A stretch of DNA of 64,000 nucleotides from an uncultured Thermoanaerobaculia bacterium. Lineage in GTDB: Bacteria > Acidobacteriota > Thermoanaerobaculia > Multivoradales > Multivoraceae. The stretch is from the NCBI GenBank assembly GCA_951813015.1, contig CATOTG010000002.1, positions 325,310 to 389,309 of the forward strand, written 5' to 3'. Below are positions 30,540-39,644 of this stretch, one piece after another (the stretch's first letter is position 1; each line of letters opens with the position of its first letter). The notes under the pieces are model-generated. The model was not told the DNA's origin and searched no databases. It was given only the letters and a program-made list of their open reading frames with translations. The position numbers and the translations under genes are program-made.

Positions 30540-33500
30540 CGCCCCGCCCCCGCCCGCTCCCCACTTCCCACTTCCCCGGCGAACTCCCCGAACACGACCC
30601 GGAGGTCGGGCAACTCGTTCATGTCCGCAGCCGCCGCTGGCTGGTCGAGCACGTCCGGCCCGGCGAGAGGCCCGGCGAATCCTCGATCGTCCGCCTCGCC
30701 TGCGCCGAAGACGACGCCCAGGGCGAGGAGATCGAGGTCTTCTGGAAGGTCGAGATCGACCGCTGCATCCTGAAGCAGGAAGGCTGGGGCGAACTCGCCG
30801 CGAGAGGATTCGACACGCCGCGCCGGTTCGCCGCCTTCCTCCACACGCTGCGCTGGAACTGCGTCACCGCCACCGACCCGGACCTGTTCCAGGCGCCCTT
30901 CCGCGCCGGCATCAAGCTGGACGCCTACCAGATGGAGCCGCTGCGCAAGGCGCTTCGAATGCCGCGGGTCAACCTCTTCATCGCCGACGACACCGGACTG
31001 GGGAAGACGATCGAGGCCGGCCTGATCGCCCGCGAACTTCTGCTCCGCAAGAAGGTCCGGACGATCGTCGTCTCCGCGCCGAGTTCCGTCCTCGAACAGT
31101 GGCAGGCCGAGATGGAGGAGCGCTTCGGACTGCTGTTCGAGATCCTCGACCGCGCGTACTTCACCCGCATTCGGCGCGAGCGCGGCTTCGGCGTCAACCC
31201 CTGGAAGACCCACAGCCGCTTCCTGGTCTCCCACAACCTGCTCCGGGATCCGACGTACGCCGATCCGATGCGGGCCTGGCTCGGCCCGGTGCTCCGCGGC
31301 AGCCTGTTTATTCTCGACGAAGCACACCACGCGGCGCCTTCGAGCGGCGGACGATACGGCATCGAGTCGAAGTTCACTCGCGCGATTCGGGACCTGAGCC
31401 ACCGCTTCGAGCACCGCCTCTTCCTCTCCGCGACGCCGCACAACGGCCACTCGAACAGCTTCTCCACCCTCCTGGAGCTGCTCGACCCCCATCGATTCAC
31501 ACGCGGAGTCAACGTCCGCAGGGAGTCTCTGGACGCGGTCATGGTGCGCAGGCTCAAGGAGGACATCCGCGAGGTCCAGGGCGGGTTCCCAAGGCGCAAC
31601 GTGGCGCCCGTCAGGATCGAGAGCCTTCCCGAACACCAACCGGAACTCGAACTGTCCCGACTGCTCGACGAGTACCGGGCAGTCCGCGCGGAGAGGTTCA
31701 AGACGGCAACCAGCAGCGCCCGGGCCGCCTCCGGCCTGCTCGTCGTCGGCCTGCAGCAGCGCCTGCTGTCGTCCATCGAGGCGTTCGCGGTCAGCCTGCA
31801 GACCCACCGCAAGACGGTCGCTCGGCAGCGCGACCAGGAACTCCAGCAACAGGCCGGCGCCGCGACGACCGCCCGCGCCAAAACGGAAGCTCAACTCTTC
31901 GTCTCGACATCCGGGGCAACCGGCGCCGACGGCGACCAGGAGGACGAAGCGGCGTGGACCTCGGAGGAGGAAGCCGAGCGGGAAGAAGAGCGGCAGATCG
32001 AGACGATCACCGCCGCGTCGGAAGCAGCCGCGATTTCCGCCGTCAACGGCACAACGACCGAAGCGACGGGCGAGGAACTCTGGCAGCGCGGGAACGCCCT
32101 CCTGGACCGCATGGAGCAGGTCGCCGCGCAAGCCCGTGGCCGGCCCGACGCGAAGACGCGCCGTCTCGTCGACTGGATTCGCGAGAACCTCTGCCCCGAC
32201 CTCCCGCCGCTCGGAACGGCGTTGCCGCCAGGTACGCCGCCACCGCGCTGGAACAACCGGCGGCTGCTGATCTTCACGGAGAACCGCGTGGGCACGAAGC
32301 GCTACCTCCGCAACATGCTGGAGAGCGCCATCGCCTGCTCCGACCGAGCCGAAGATCGCATCGTCACGATCGACGGCCACACCCGCGGCGCCGCCCGGCG
32401 CGAGATCCAGCGCCGGTTCAACGCCGAGCCCGAAGACGATCCGCTGCGCATCCTCCTGGCGACCGACGCCGCCCGCGAGGGACTGAACTTTCAGGCCCAC
32501 TGCACGGACCTGTTCCACTTCGACCTGCCATGGAATCCCGGCCGCATCGAGCAGCGGAACGGTCGCATCGACCGCAAGCTCCAGCCGGCCAGCGAAGTCA
32601 ACTGCCGCTACTTCGTTCTGCCTCAGCGGGCCGAGGACCGCGTACTGGAGGTCCTCGTCGAGAAGACGGAGACGATCCGAAAGGAACTCGGAAGCCTGTC
32701 CAGGGTGATCGACGACCGGATCGAACGTCGCCTGAACAGCGGCGGCATACCCCACGGCACGGTCGACCGACTCGCGGCCGAGATCGCGGCAGCCGATCTT
32801 GAGGTCGAGCGCAAACGCGTCGCCGCCGAGGAACTGGAGAGCGCCCGCCAGCGCCGAAGCGACCTCCAGGACCAGATCAACCGCTGCCAGACCCTGCTCC
32901 AGAACTCGCGAAAGTGGGTCCAGTTCGACGTCGAGCCGTTCCGGGACGCGCTTTCCTGTTCGCTCGAGCTGCTGGGCGCAAAGCCGCTGCAAGCGACGCG
33001 GAACGAGAACCGCGAAACGATCTGGACCTTCCCCGCCCTCGACGGCCAGACCTCCGCCGACCCCACCTGGGCACGCACCCTCGACTCCCTGCGCCGGCCG
33101 CGGCGGCGCAATCAGAAGCTCACCGACTGGCGCAAGGAGCAGCCGCCCCGCCCCATCGTGTTCGAAGACGCCGGCGTGCTGACCGACGAGACGGTCCACC
33201 TGCATCTCGAACAACGGGTAGCGCAGAGGCTCCTCGCTCGCTTTCGCTCCCAGGGCTTCCTTCACCACGACTTGTCGCGCGCCTGTCTCGCCCAAGCCGC
33301 CGACTCGATCCCCAGAGTCGTCCTCCTCGCCCGGCTGTCTCTCTACGGCAGCGGCGCCGAACGGCTGCACGAGCAGGTCATCACCGTGGCCGCGCGCTGG
33401 GTCGAACCGTCGCGCCGCACGGCGCCGCTGAGGGCCTACGCCCGTGACGCGGAACAACGCACGCTCGACCTGCTTGAAGCGTCCCTTGCCGGAACGAGCA

Positions 33501-33922
33501 GACGACCGGTGAACGAGGTTGTAGCGCAGAGGCTCCTGAACGCCGCAGCGCGCGACATAGAGGAACTGCGTCCTCAGCTCGAACCACGAGCCAGGGAACT
33601 CGCCGCAGTCGCGACAAAGCGGCTCCAGGAGCGCGGCGAGCGAGAGTCTCGTGAACTGCGCGCGATTCTGAAACAGCAGCGCCAGCGGGTCCGCGACGAA
33701 CTGCAACTGAGAGACAACCAGTTCGTTCAGCGCACACTCGCCTTCAACCGCGACGAAGAGCGGCAGTTGCAGGCCGACATGCGTTCCTGGCGCACGCGAC
33801 TGGAGCAATTCGACCGCGACCTGGAGCACGAACCCCAACGCATTCGCAACTTCTACGAAGTCCGCGTAGCGCCGCCCGTCGAACCGCTGGGCATCGTCTA
33901 CCTGTGGCCGGAGACGAACTGA
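30536..33922 (+). CDS. SNF2-like superfamily-2 helicase (DISARM DrmD-like)
   Basis: 1128 aa. Motif I LFIADDTGLGKTIEAG, DEAH box ILDEAHHA, LSATPHNG, motif VI QRNGRIDRKLQ. It lies directly upstream of a large N6-adenine methyltransferase. Confidence 0.7.
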   Translation: MTPRPRPLPTSHFPGELPEHDPEVGQLVHVRSRRWLVEHVRPGERPGESSIVRLACAEDDAQGEEIEVFWKVEIDRCILKQEGWGELAARGFDTPRRFAAFLHTLRWNCVTATDPDLFQAPFRAGIKLDAYQMEPLRKALRMPRVNLFIADDTGLGKTIEAGLIARELLLRKKVRTIVVSAPSSVLEQWQAEMEERFGLLFEILDRAYFTRIRRERGFGVNPWKTHSRFLVSHNLLRDPTYADPMRAWLGPVLRGSLFILDEAHHAAPSSGGRYGIESKFTRAIRDLSHRFEHRLFLSATPHNGHSNSFSTLLELLDPHRFTRGVNVRRESLDAVMVRRLKEDIREVQGGFPRRNVAPVRIESLPEHQPELELSRLLDEYRAVRAERFKTATSSARAASGLLVVGLQQRLLSSIEAFAVSLQTHRKTVARQRDQELQQQAGAATTARAKTEAQLFVSTSGATGADGDQEDEAAWTSEEEAEREEERQIETITAASEAAAISAVNGTTTEATGEELWQRGNALLDRMEQVAAQARGRPDAKTRRLVDWIRENLCPDLPPLGTALPPGTPPPRWNNRRLLIFTENRVGTKRYLRNMLESAIACSDRAEDRIVTIDGHTRGAARREIQRRFNAEPEDDPLRILLATDAAREGLNFQAHCTDLFHFDLPWNPGRIEQRNGRIDRKLQPASEVNCRYFVLPQRAEDRVLEVLVEKTETIRKELGSLSRVIDDRIERRLNSGGIPHGTVDRLAAEIAAADLEVERKRVAAEELESARQRRSDLQDQINRCQTLLQNSRKWVQFDVEPFRDALSCSLELLGAKPLQATRNENRETIWTFPALDGQTSADPTWARTLDSLRRPRRRNQKLTDWRKEQPPRPIVFEDAGVLTDETVHLHLEQRVAQRLLARFRSQGFLHHDLSRACLAQAADSIPRVVLLARLSLYGSGAERLHEQVITVAARWVEPSRRTAPLRAYARDAEQRTLDLLEASLAGTSRRPVNEVVAQRLLNAAARDIEELRPQLEPRARELAAVATKRLQERGERESRELRAILKQQRQRVRDELQLRDNQFVQRTLAFNRDEERQLQADMRSWRTRLEQFDRDLEHEPQRIRNFYEVRVAPPVEPLGIVYLWPETN

Positions 33923-33980
33923 TGAGCGGAGTGCGACAGGTGGCAGGGTTCGCGTCATCAGCACGGCGCCGCCCGTAGCG

Positions 33981-36900
33981 ATGCCGAAGCTCGACGCGAA
34001 CACAAGAGCCCACCTCGAGTGGCTCGGCTTCGTCCGGCCGACCGGCCTCGTGGTGTCGCCGCCGGCGCTCAACAAGGCCGGCGCCGTGCTGGAACGGGCC
34101 GATCGGGAGGGCCAGCGGCTGCTTCGCGACGCGGTATCCGAGCGGGAGTTCAAGCCCGGCGAAGGTCGCCAGCCCTGGCTGCCCGCCTTCGAGGACTTCG
34201 CCCGCTCGGTCCTCGGCTGGCGCTTCTCTCCCGCGGGCTACGCGGGCGGGAACGCGGCGCCGATTCCCGACGAACTGAGCCTTCACCTTCCGGACTGCGG
34301 CGAGACCCTCCGACCCGACTTCGCGGTCCGCGAACGAAGCCCGGACGAGGATGGCTCGCGCTGGCAACTGCTCGTGCAGACCGTCGAACCGGGCCAGAGC
34401 TTCGACCGCGCGGTCTCCGGCGCCGGCAAGCTGGAAGCCTCCCCGCACAGCCGCATGGAACGCCTGCTGCGAGCGAAGGCGGTTCCCGCCGGGCTGCTGT
34501 TCAACGGCCGCGCCTTGCGCCTCGTCTCGGCGCCGCGCGGCGAGACTTCCGGCTGGATCGATTTCCAACTCGCCGACATGCTGCTTGTCGCGGGCCGCCC
34601 GATCTGCACGGCCCTGCGCCTGCTCCTGAACGAGCAGCGGCTGCTCGCCCTGCCCAGGCGCCAGCGACTGGCTGCGCTTCTCGCGGACAGCCGCAAGTAC
34701 CAGAACGAGGTCAGCGAACGCCTGGCCGAGCAGGTCCTGCATGCCCTCTACGAACTGCTGCGCGGCTTCCAGGCGGCGCACGACGCGTCGAGAAAGGAAC
34801 TCCTGGGCGACCAGTTGCGCGAGGATCCGGGCGGCATCTACCACGGCCTTCTCACCGTGGTGCTGCGCCTGGTCTTCCTGCTCTACGCCGAAGAGCGCGA
34901 TCTCCTCTCCGAAGACGCAACCTTCGTCCGCCACTACTCCCTGGCCAGTCTCCACGACCGGCTGCGGGCCGACGCGGCGCTTCACCCCGACACGATGGAC
35001 CAGCGCTACGGCGCCTGGGCCCAGTTGCTGGCGCTGTTCCGCATGATCCACAACGGCGCCGCAGCCGCCGGCCTCCGCCTCCCGCCACGGCACGGCGTGC
35101 TCTTCGATTTCGACCGCTTTCCGTTCCTGGAGGGTCGGCCCCCGGGAAGCGTGGCCCAGAACCACGAGCGCGTCGCGGCGCCGCTCGTATCCGACGGCAC
35201 GGTTCATCGCGCTCTGGAGAAGCTCCTCGTGCTCGACGGCGACCGCCTCTCCTACCGCGCGCTGGACGTCGAGCAGATCGGCTCCGTCTACGAAACGATG
35301 ATGGGCTTCCGCCTCGAACGCGCCGAGGGACCTTCGTGCGCGATCAAGCCGGCCAAAAGGCACGGCGCGCCCGCCACGGTGAACCTGGCAGCGCTGCTCG
35401 AAAAACCAGTCGATCGGCGCGTCCGCTGGTTCCGCGAACGGACCGACCGCAGGCTGACCGACAAGGCCGCGAAGGCGCTACGGAACGCCCGGACGATCGA
35501 CGAACTTCACGCCGGCCTCGACCGCGTGATCGACCGCGCCGCGACCCCCGACCTGGCGCCGAACGGCCACATGATCCTCCAACCGAGCGATGAACGCCGA
35601 CGCTCGGGCTCGCACTACACGCCGCGCGAACTCACCGAACCGATCGTCCGGGACACCCTGGAACCGATCCTCGACCGGCTGCGAGGGCGAGCCGCGGGAA
35701 GCGCGGGCCAGGGACAGGCAACACCGGCCGCCCTGTCGGCGCCCGCTGAACACGGATCGCGAGTACGTAGCCCACGTCATCAGGGACCGGCAACAGCGCC
35801 CGACCTGTCGGCGCCCGGGCCTTCCGGACCGCATCCGGCTCCGACGACACGAACGCCTCGGCCGGAACAGATCCTCGGGCTCAAGGTCTGCGACCCGGCG
35901 ATGGGCTCCGGCGCCTTCCTCGTCGAAGCCTGCCGTCAACTCGGCGACGTCCTGGTCGACTCCTGGCACGCCCACGACGCGGCGCCGCCCATCCCGCCCG
36001 ACGAAGACGAAACCGTCCACGCCCGGCGTCTCGTCGCCCGCAACTGCCTCTACGGCGTAGATCGCAATCCCGTCGCCGTGGACCTGGCGAAGCTCTCGCT
36101 CTGGCTGACCACCCTCGCCAGGGACCATCCCCTGACGTTCCTCGACCATGCGCTTCGCCACGGCGATTCCCTGGTCGGCCTTGCGCCGGAACAGATCCAG
36201 GCCTTCCACTGGAAGGGCAAGGAGAAGCGCTTCCAGGCCGGCATCGAGACGACCTGGATTCGAGAGCAGGTCAAGAAGGCGTTGCGCCTGAGACGGGCGA
36301 TCCAGGAGGCGCGCGACGACACGCCGGACCGGGTGCTGCGCGATCGGCTGGACGAGGCGGAACACGAACTGGCTCGGGTCAAGCAGAACGGCGATCTCGT
36401 CGTTGCGGCCTTCTTCGAATGCCAGAAGCCGAAGGACCGTGAAGCCCTGCGCCGGTCGTTCGCCGCCGAACTTCAGTTCGAGACTGCGAGCGGCTCAGGG
36501 GGCAAGCCATCGTCCCGGCCTGGCGATGACGCACAAGCATCCGTTCCGGCTTCCGTCTCGGGTCACTCCGGCATGACCGGCCGCATCCGCGCCTCCCGCT
36601 CGGACGCGATCTCGACCATCGGTTGGCTGGAGGAAAGCCGAAACGGCGACCCGCCTCTGGCGCCGTTTCACTGGGCAATCGAGTACCCCGAGGTCTTCCT
36701 GCTTGAAGAGCGCGAGAATCCCGGCTTCGACGGGATCGTCGGCAACCCGCCGTTCGCCGGCAAGAACACGATCGGCAACGCGAACGTACCGGGCTACAAG
36801 GCTTGGCTGAAGCAGCTCCACGAAGAAAGCCACGGCAACGCGGACCTTGTCGCCCACTTCTTCAGGCGCGCGTTCACGCTGGTTCGCGCAGGCGGCGCCT

Positions 36901-38495
36901 TCGGCCTGATCGCCACCAACACGATCGCCCAGGGCGACACGCGCTCGACCGGATTGCGCTTCATCTGCAAGCACGGCGGGGAGATCTTCCGCGCCCGAAG
37001 ACGCGTCAAGTGGCCCGGCTTGGCCGCCGTCGTCGTCAGCGTCGTCCATCTGCACCGCGGTCCCTGGCATGGTCCGCGGATGCTCGACGGCGTGCCGCAA
37101 CCGAAGATCACGGCCTTCCTGTTTCACCGCGGCGGGCACGAGGATCCTGCACGCCTCGCCGAGAACGCCGGCAAGAGCTTCCAGGGCAGCATCGTGCTCG
37201 GCATGGGTTTCACCTTCGACGATACGGACACGAAGGGCGTGGCGACGCCGATTGCCGAGATGAACCGCCTGGTCGAACAGGACCCGAAGAACAGGGAGGC
37301 GATCTTCCCGTACATCGGCGGCGCCGAGGTCAACAAGAGCCCGACGCACGGGCATCACCGGTACGTGATCAACTTCCGGGACTACCCGCTGCGCCGGGCC
37401 GATCCCGGGTCCGCGGCGCCGGGCCGCCGGGGCGCGGCGGCGCAGAGCGGTCGCGCCCTCGGAGACAGTCCGGTTGCGTTGTCGACCGGTGAGCCCAACT
37501 CCCCCCACGTCAGCGGATCCCGACTCGGCCTCGGCGTCGTTCGAAGTGCCGTCCGCCGGGCGCCGCCTTCGCGCCGCTCTTTGGAGCGCGGCTCGCTTCA
37601 GGTGGATGATCGGCAGGAACCAGGATCGATCCCGGAAGGCACGGCCACGTCGTGGCACGGCGCCTCCGATGGGCAGCGCGAGGAGTGGCGCCGCAGCGGG
37701 ATCGTGCCGCATGACTATCCGGATCCGGTTGCGGCGGACTGGCCGGAGCTGCTGGCGATCGTTGAGGAGCGTGTCAAGCCCGATAGAGACGTGCAGAAGC
37801 GCAAGGCACTGCGCGAGCGCTGGTGGCAGTACGCCGAGAAGAGACCCGGGCTCTACAAAGCCATCGCCGACCTCGACCGCGTGTTGGCGATCAACTGTGG
37901 TGCAACGCCACATCTGGCCTTGGCGTTTCTTCCCGCCAAGATGGTCTTTGCGCACAGTTTGGCAGTCTTTCCCTTCCCCACCCACGCCGCCTTCTGCGCC
38001 CTCCAGTCCCGCCCTCACGAACTCTGGGCGCGCTTCTTCGGATCCTCTCTGGAGGACCGACTCAGGTACACGCCGTCCGACTGCTTCGAGACCTTTCCCT
38101 TCCCCGAGAACTGGGAGACTCACTCCGACCTGGAAGTCGCCGGCGCCGCGTACCACGGTTTCCGAGCCGACCTGATGCTCCGGAGCGTCGAGGGCCTGAC
38201 GAAGACGTACAACCGCTTCCACGATCCTGAGGAGCAGAGCCCCGGCATCACCCGGCTTCGCGAGCTCCACGCGGCCATGGACCGTGCCGTCCTCGACGCC
38301 TACGGCTGGACCGACATCTCCACCGACTGCGAGTTCCTCCTCGACCACGAGATCGACGAGAGACCTGAGGGCAAGAAAAAGAAGCCCTACCGCTACCGCT
38401 GGCCCGACGAAGTCCGCGACGAGGTGCTCGCCCGCCTGCTCGAACTCAACGCCCAACGCGCCGCCGAGGAGAAGCGCAGCGGTTCCCGCCGATGA
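33981..38495 (+). CDS. Large N6-adenine DNA methyltransferase, gamma class (DISARM DrmMI-like; PglX/Eco57I-like)
   Basis: 1504 aa. SAM-binding motif I VCDPAMGSGAFLVEA and catalytic motif IV IVGNPPFAGKN. Long N- and C-terminal extensions. No nuclease domain recognised. Confidence 0.75.
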   Translation: MPKLDANTRAHLEWLGFVRPTGLVVSPPALNKAGAVLERADREGQRLLRDAVSEREFKPGEGRQPWLPAFEDFARSVLGWRFSPAGYAGGNAAPIPDELSLHLPDCGETLRPDFAVRERSPDEDGSRWQLLVQTVEPGQSFDRAVSGAGKLEASPHSRMERLLRAKAVPAGLLFNGRALRLVSAPRGETSGWIDFQLADMLLVAGRPICTALRLLLNEQRLLALPRRQRLAALLADSRKYQNEVSERLAEQVLHALYELLRGFQAAHDASRKELLGDQLREDPGGIYHGLLTVVLRLVFLLYAEERDLLSEDATFVRHYSLASLHDRLRADAALHPDTMDQRYGAWAQLLALFRMIHNGAAAAGLRLPPRHGVLFDFDRFPFLEGRPPGSVAQNHERVAAPLVSDGTVHRALEKLLVLDGDRLSYRALDVEQIGSVYETMMGFRLERAEGPSCAIKPAKRHGAPATVNLAALLEKPVDRRVRWFRERTDRRLTDKAAKALRNARTIDELHAGLDRVIDRAATPDLAPNGHMILQPSDERRRSGSHYTPRELTEPIVRDTLEPILDRLRGRAAGSAGQGQATPAALSAPAEHGSRVRSPRHQGPATAPDLSAPGPSGPHPAPTTRTPRPEQILGLKVCDPAMGSGAFLVEACRQLGDVLVDSWHAHDAAPPIPPDEDETVHARRLVARNCLYGVDRNPVAVDLAKLSLWLTTLARDHPLTFLDHALRHGDSLVGLAPEQIQAFHWKGKEKRFQAGIETTWIREQVKKALRLRRAIQEARDDTPDRVLRDRLDEAEHELARVKQNGDLVVAAFFECQKPKDREALRRSFAAELQFETASGSGGKPSSRPGDDAQASVPASVSGHSGMTGRIRASRSDAISTIGWLEESRNGDPPLAPFHWAIEYPEVFLLEERENPGFDGIVGNPPFAGKNTIGNANVPGYKAWLKQLHEESHGNADLVAHFFRRAFTLVRAGGAFGLIATNTIAQGDTRSTGLRFICKHGGEIFRARRRVKWPGLAAVVVSVVHLHRGPWHGPRMLDGVPQPKITAFLFHRGGHEDPARLAENAGKSFQGSIVLGMGFTFDDTDTKGVATPIAEMNRLVEQDPKNREAIFPYIGGAEVNKSPTHGHHRYVINFRDYPLRRADPGSAAPGRRGAAAQSGRALGDSPVALSTGEPNSPHVSGSRLGLGVVRSAVRRAPPSRRSLERGSLQVDDRQEPGSIPEGTATSWHGASDGQREEWRRSGIVPHDYPDPVAADWPELLAIVEERVKPDRDVQKRKALRERWWQYAEKRPGLYKAIADLDRVLAINCGATPHLALAFLPAKMVFAHSLAVFPFPTHAAFCALQSRPHELWARFFGSSLEDRLRYTPSDCFETFPFPENWETHSDLEVAGAAYHGFRADLMLRSVEGLTKTYNRFHDPEEQSPGITRLRELHAAMDRAVLDAYGWTDISTDCEFLLDHEIDERPEGKKKKPYRYRWPDEVRDEVLARLLELNAQRAAEEKRSGSRR

Positions 38496-38639
38496 GAAGC
38501 CTGGACCGCCCTAGGTCCAGGTCCGATCACGTCGCGGCCCCGCTTTGCAGTCACCCCTGCCCGTGTGAGAGAGTTGTCCGCAGCAAGCCGACCGGCCCAC
38601 CAGTGCCGACACCTCCCTCGCCTTCCCGCGCACCCCGCC

Positions 38640-39635
38640 ATGACTAGCGGCAAGCTTTTGCGCCGACTCATCGTCTCGGGCGCCGATGGCGACCTCGCGG
38701 CATTCCGTGCCGCCGCGGACGACGTGATCGCCGACGAGCGGCAGAAGCAACACCACCTCCTGGCGAACGACCTCGAGTCCATTCTCTATGGCCGCACTCG
38801 CGCTCCCACGTCGCCTGGCCTGCGGAGGCTCGCCCAGGCGGTCCCCGAGGATCGAGAGCGTGGTTTGGCCTTGCTGTCACTGCGCGAGCCCGTCCGTGGA
38901 ATCGAGGACGTTGTTCTCTCAAGCTCCAACCGCTCCATCGTCCGGGCCGTCCTTCACGAGCAAAACCGCGAGGAACTGCTTCAAGCGCACGGGCTCCGGC
39001 CCGTCGATCGTCTCCTGTTGTGCGGACCGCCCGGCTGCGGCAAGACGCTGACCGCAGAGGTCATCGCAAATGAGCTCGGCAGACCTCTCGCCATCGTCCG
39101 GGTCGACAGCGTCGTGTCTTCTTTCCTGGGTGAAACCGCAGCCAATCTGCGTCGCGTCTTTGACTTCATCGAAACGACGCCGACAGTAGCGCTCTTCGAC
39201 GAGTTCGACGCCTTGGGCAAGGAGCGGGACGACTCCTCGGAACACGGCGAGCTGCGCCGCGTTGTCAACGCGGTGCTGCAGATGCTTGACGCATACGACG
39301 GCCGCAGCCTCATCGTCGCTGCCACCAATCACCAATCCATGCTCGACTCGGCCGTCTGGCGCCGTTTTGAGGAGATCCTCTATCTGAGGCTGCCGACCGC
39401 AAGGCAGATTCGGGAGCTCCTCCGCGTCAAGCTGCGCGGCGTACGCCGAGCCTTCGACATCGACGCGGTCGCCGTTGAGTCGCTCTTCCCCAAAAGTACG
39501 CACGCCGACGTCGAGCGCGTGCTTCGCCGAGCCGTCAAGGAAATGGTCCTGAGCGGTGAAGGTCGCCTTGGCCTGAACCACATCCGCAGGGCCGTGCGCC
39601 GAGAGAAGGCGCGGCGTCAACCTGGGCGTACTTGA
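38640..39635 (+). CDS. AAA+ ATPase (IetA-like)
   Basis: ATG 38640 (MTSGKLLRRL). Classic AAA domain LLCGPPGCGKTLTAEVIA, Walker B ALFDEFDAL, and SRH with Arg finger. Confidence 0.65.
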   Translation: MTSGKLLRRLIVSGADGDLAAFRAAADDVIADERQKQHHLLANDLESILYGRTRAPTSPGLRRLAQAVPEDRERGLALLSLREPVRGIEDVVLSSSNRSIVRAVLHEQNREELLQAHGLRPVDRLLLCGPPGCGKTLTAEVIANELGRPLAIVRVDSVVSSFLGETAANLRRVFDFIETTPTVALFDEFDALGKERDDSSEHGELRRVVNAVLQMLDAYDGRSLIVAATNHQSMLDSAVWRRFEEILYLRLPTARQIRELLRVKLRGVRRAFDIDAVAVESLFPKSTHADVERVLRRAVKEMVLSGEGRLGLNHIRRAVRREKARRQPGRT

Positions 39636-39644
39636 GTCAGGCCA

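Noticed and set aside
30464-38456. Very long minus-strand ORFs (30464..34153, 33744..35363, 36495..38456) across drmD-like and methyltransferase genes
   Set aside because: Antisense to genes with clear helicase and methyltransferase motifs. Composition-driven open frames.
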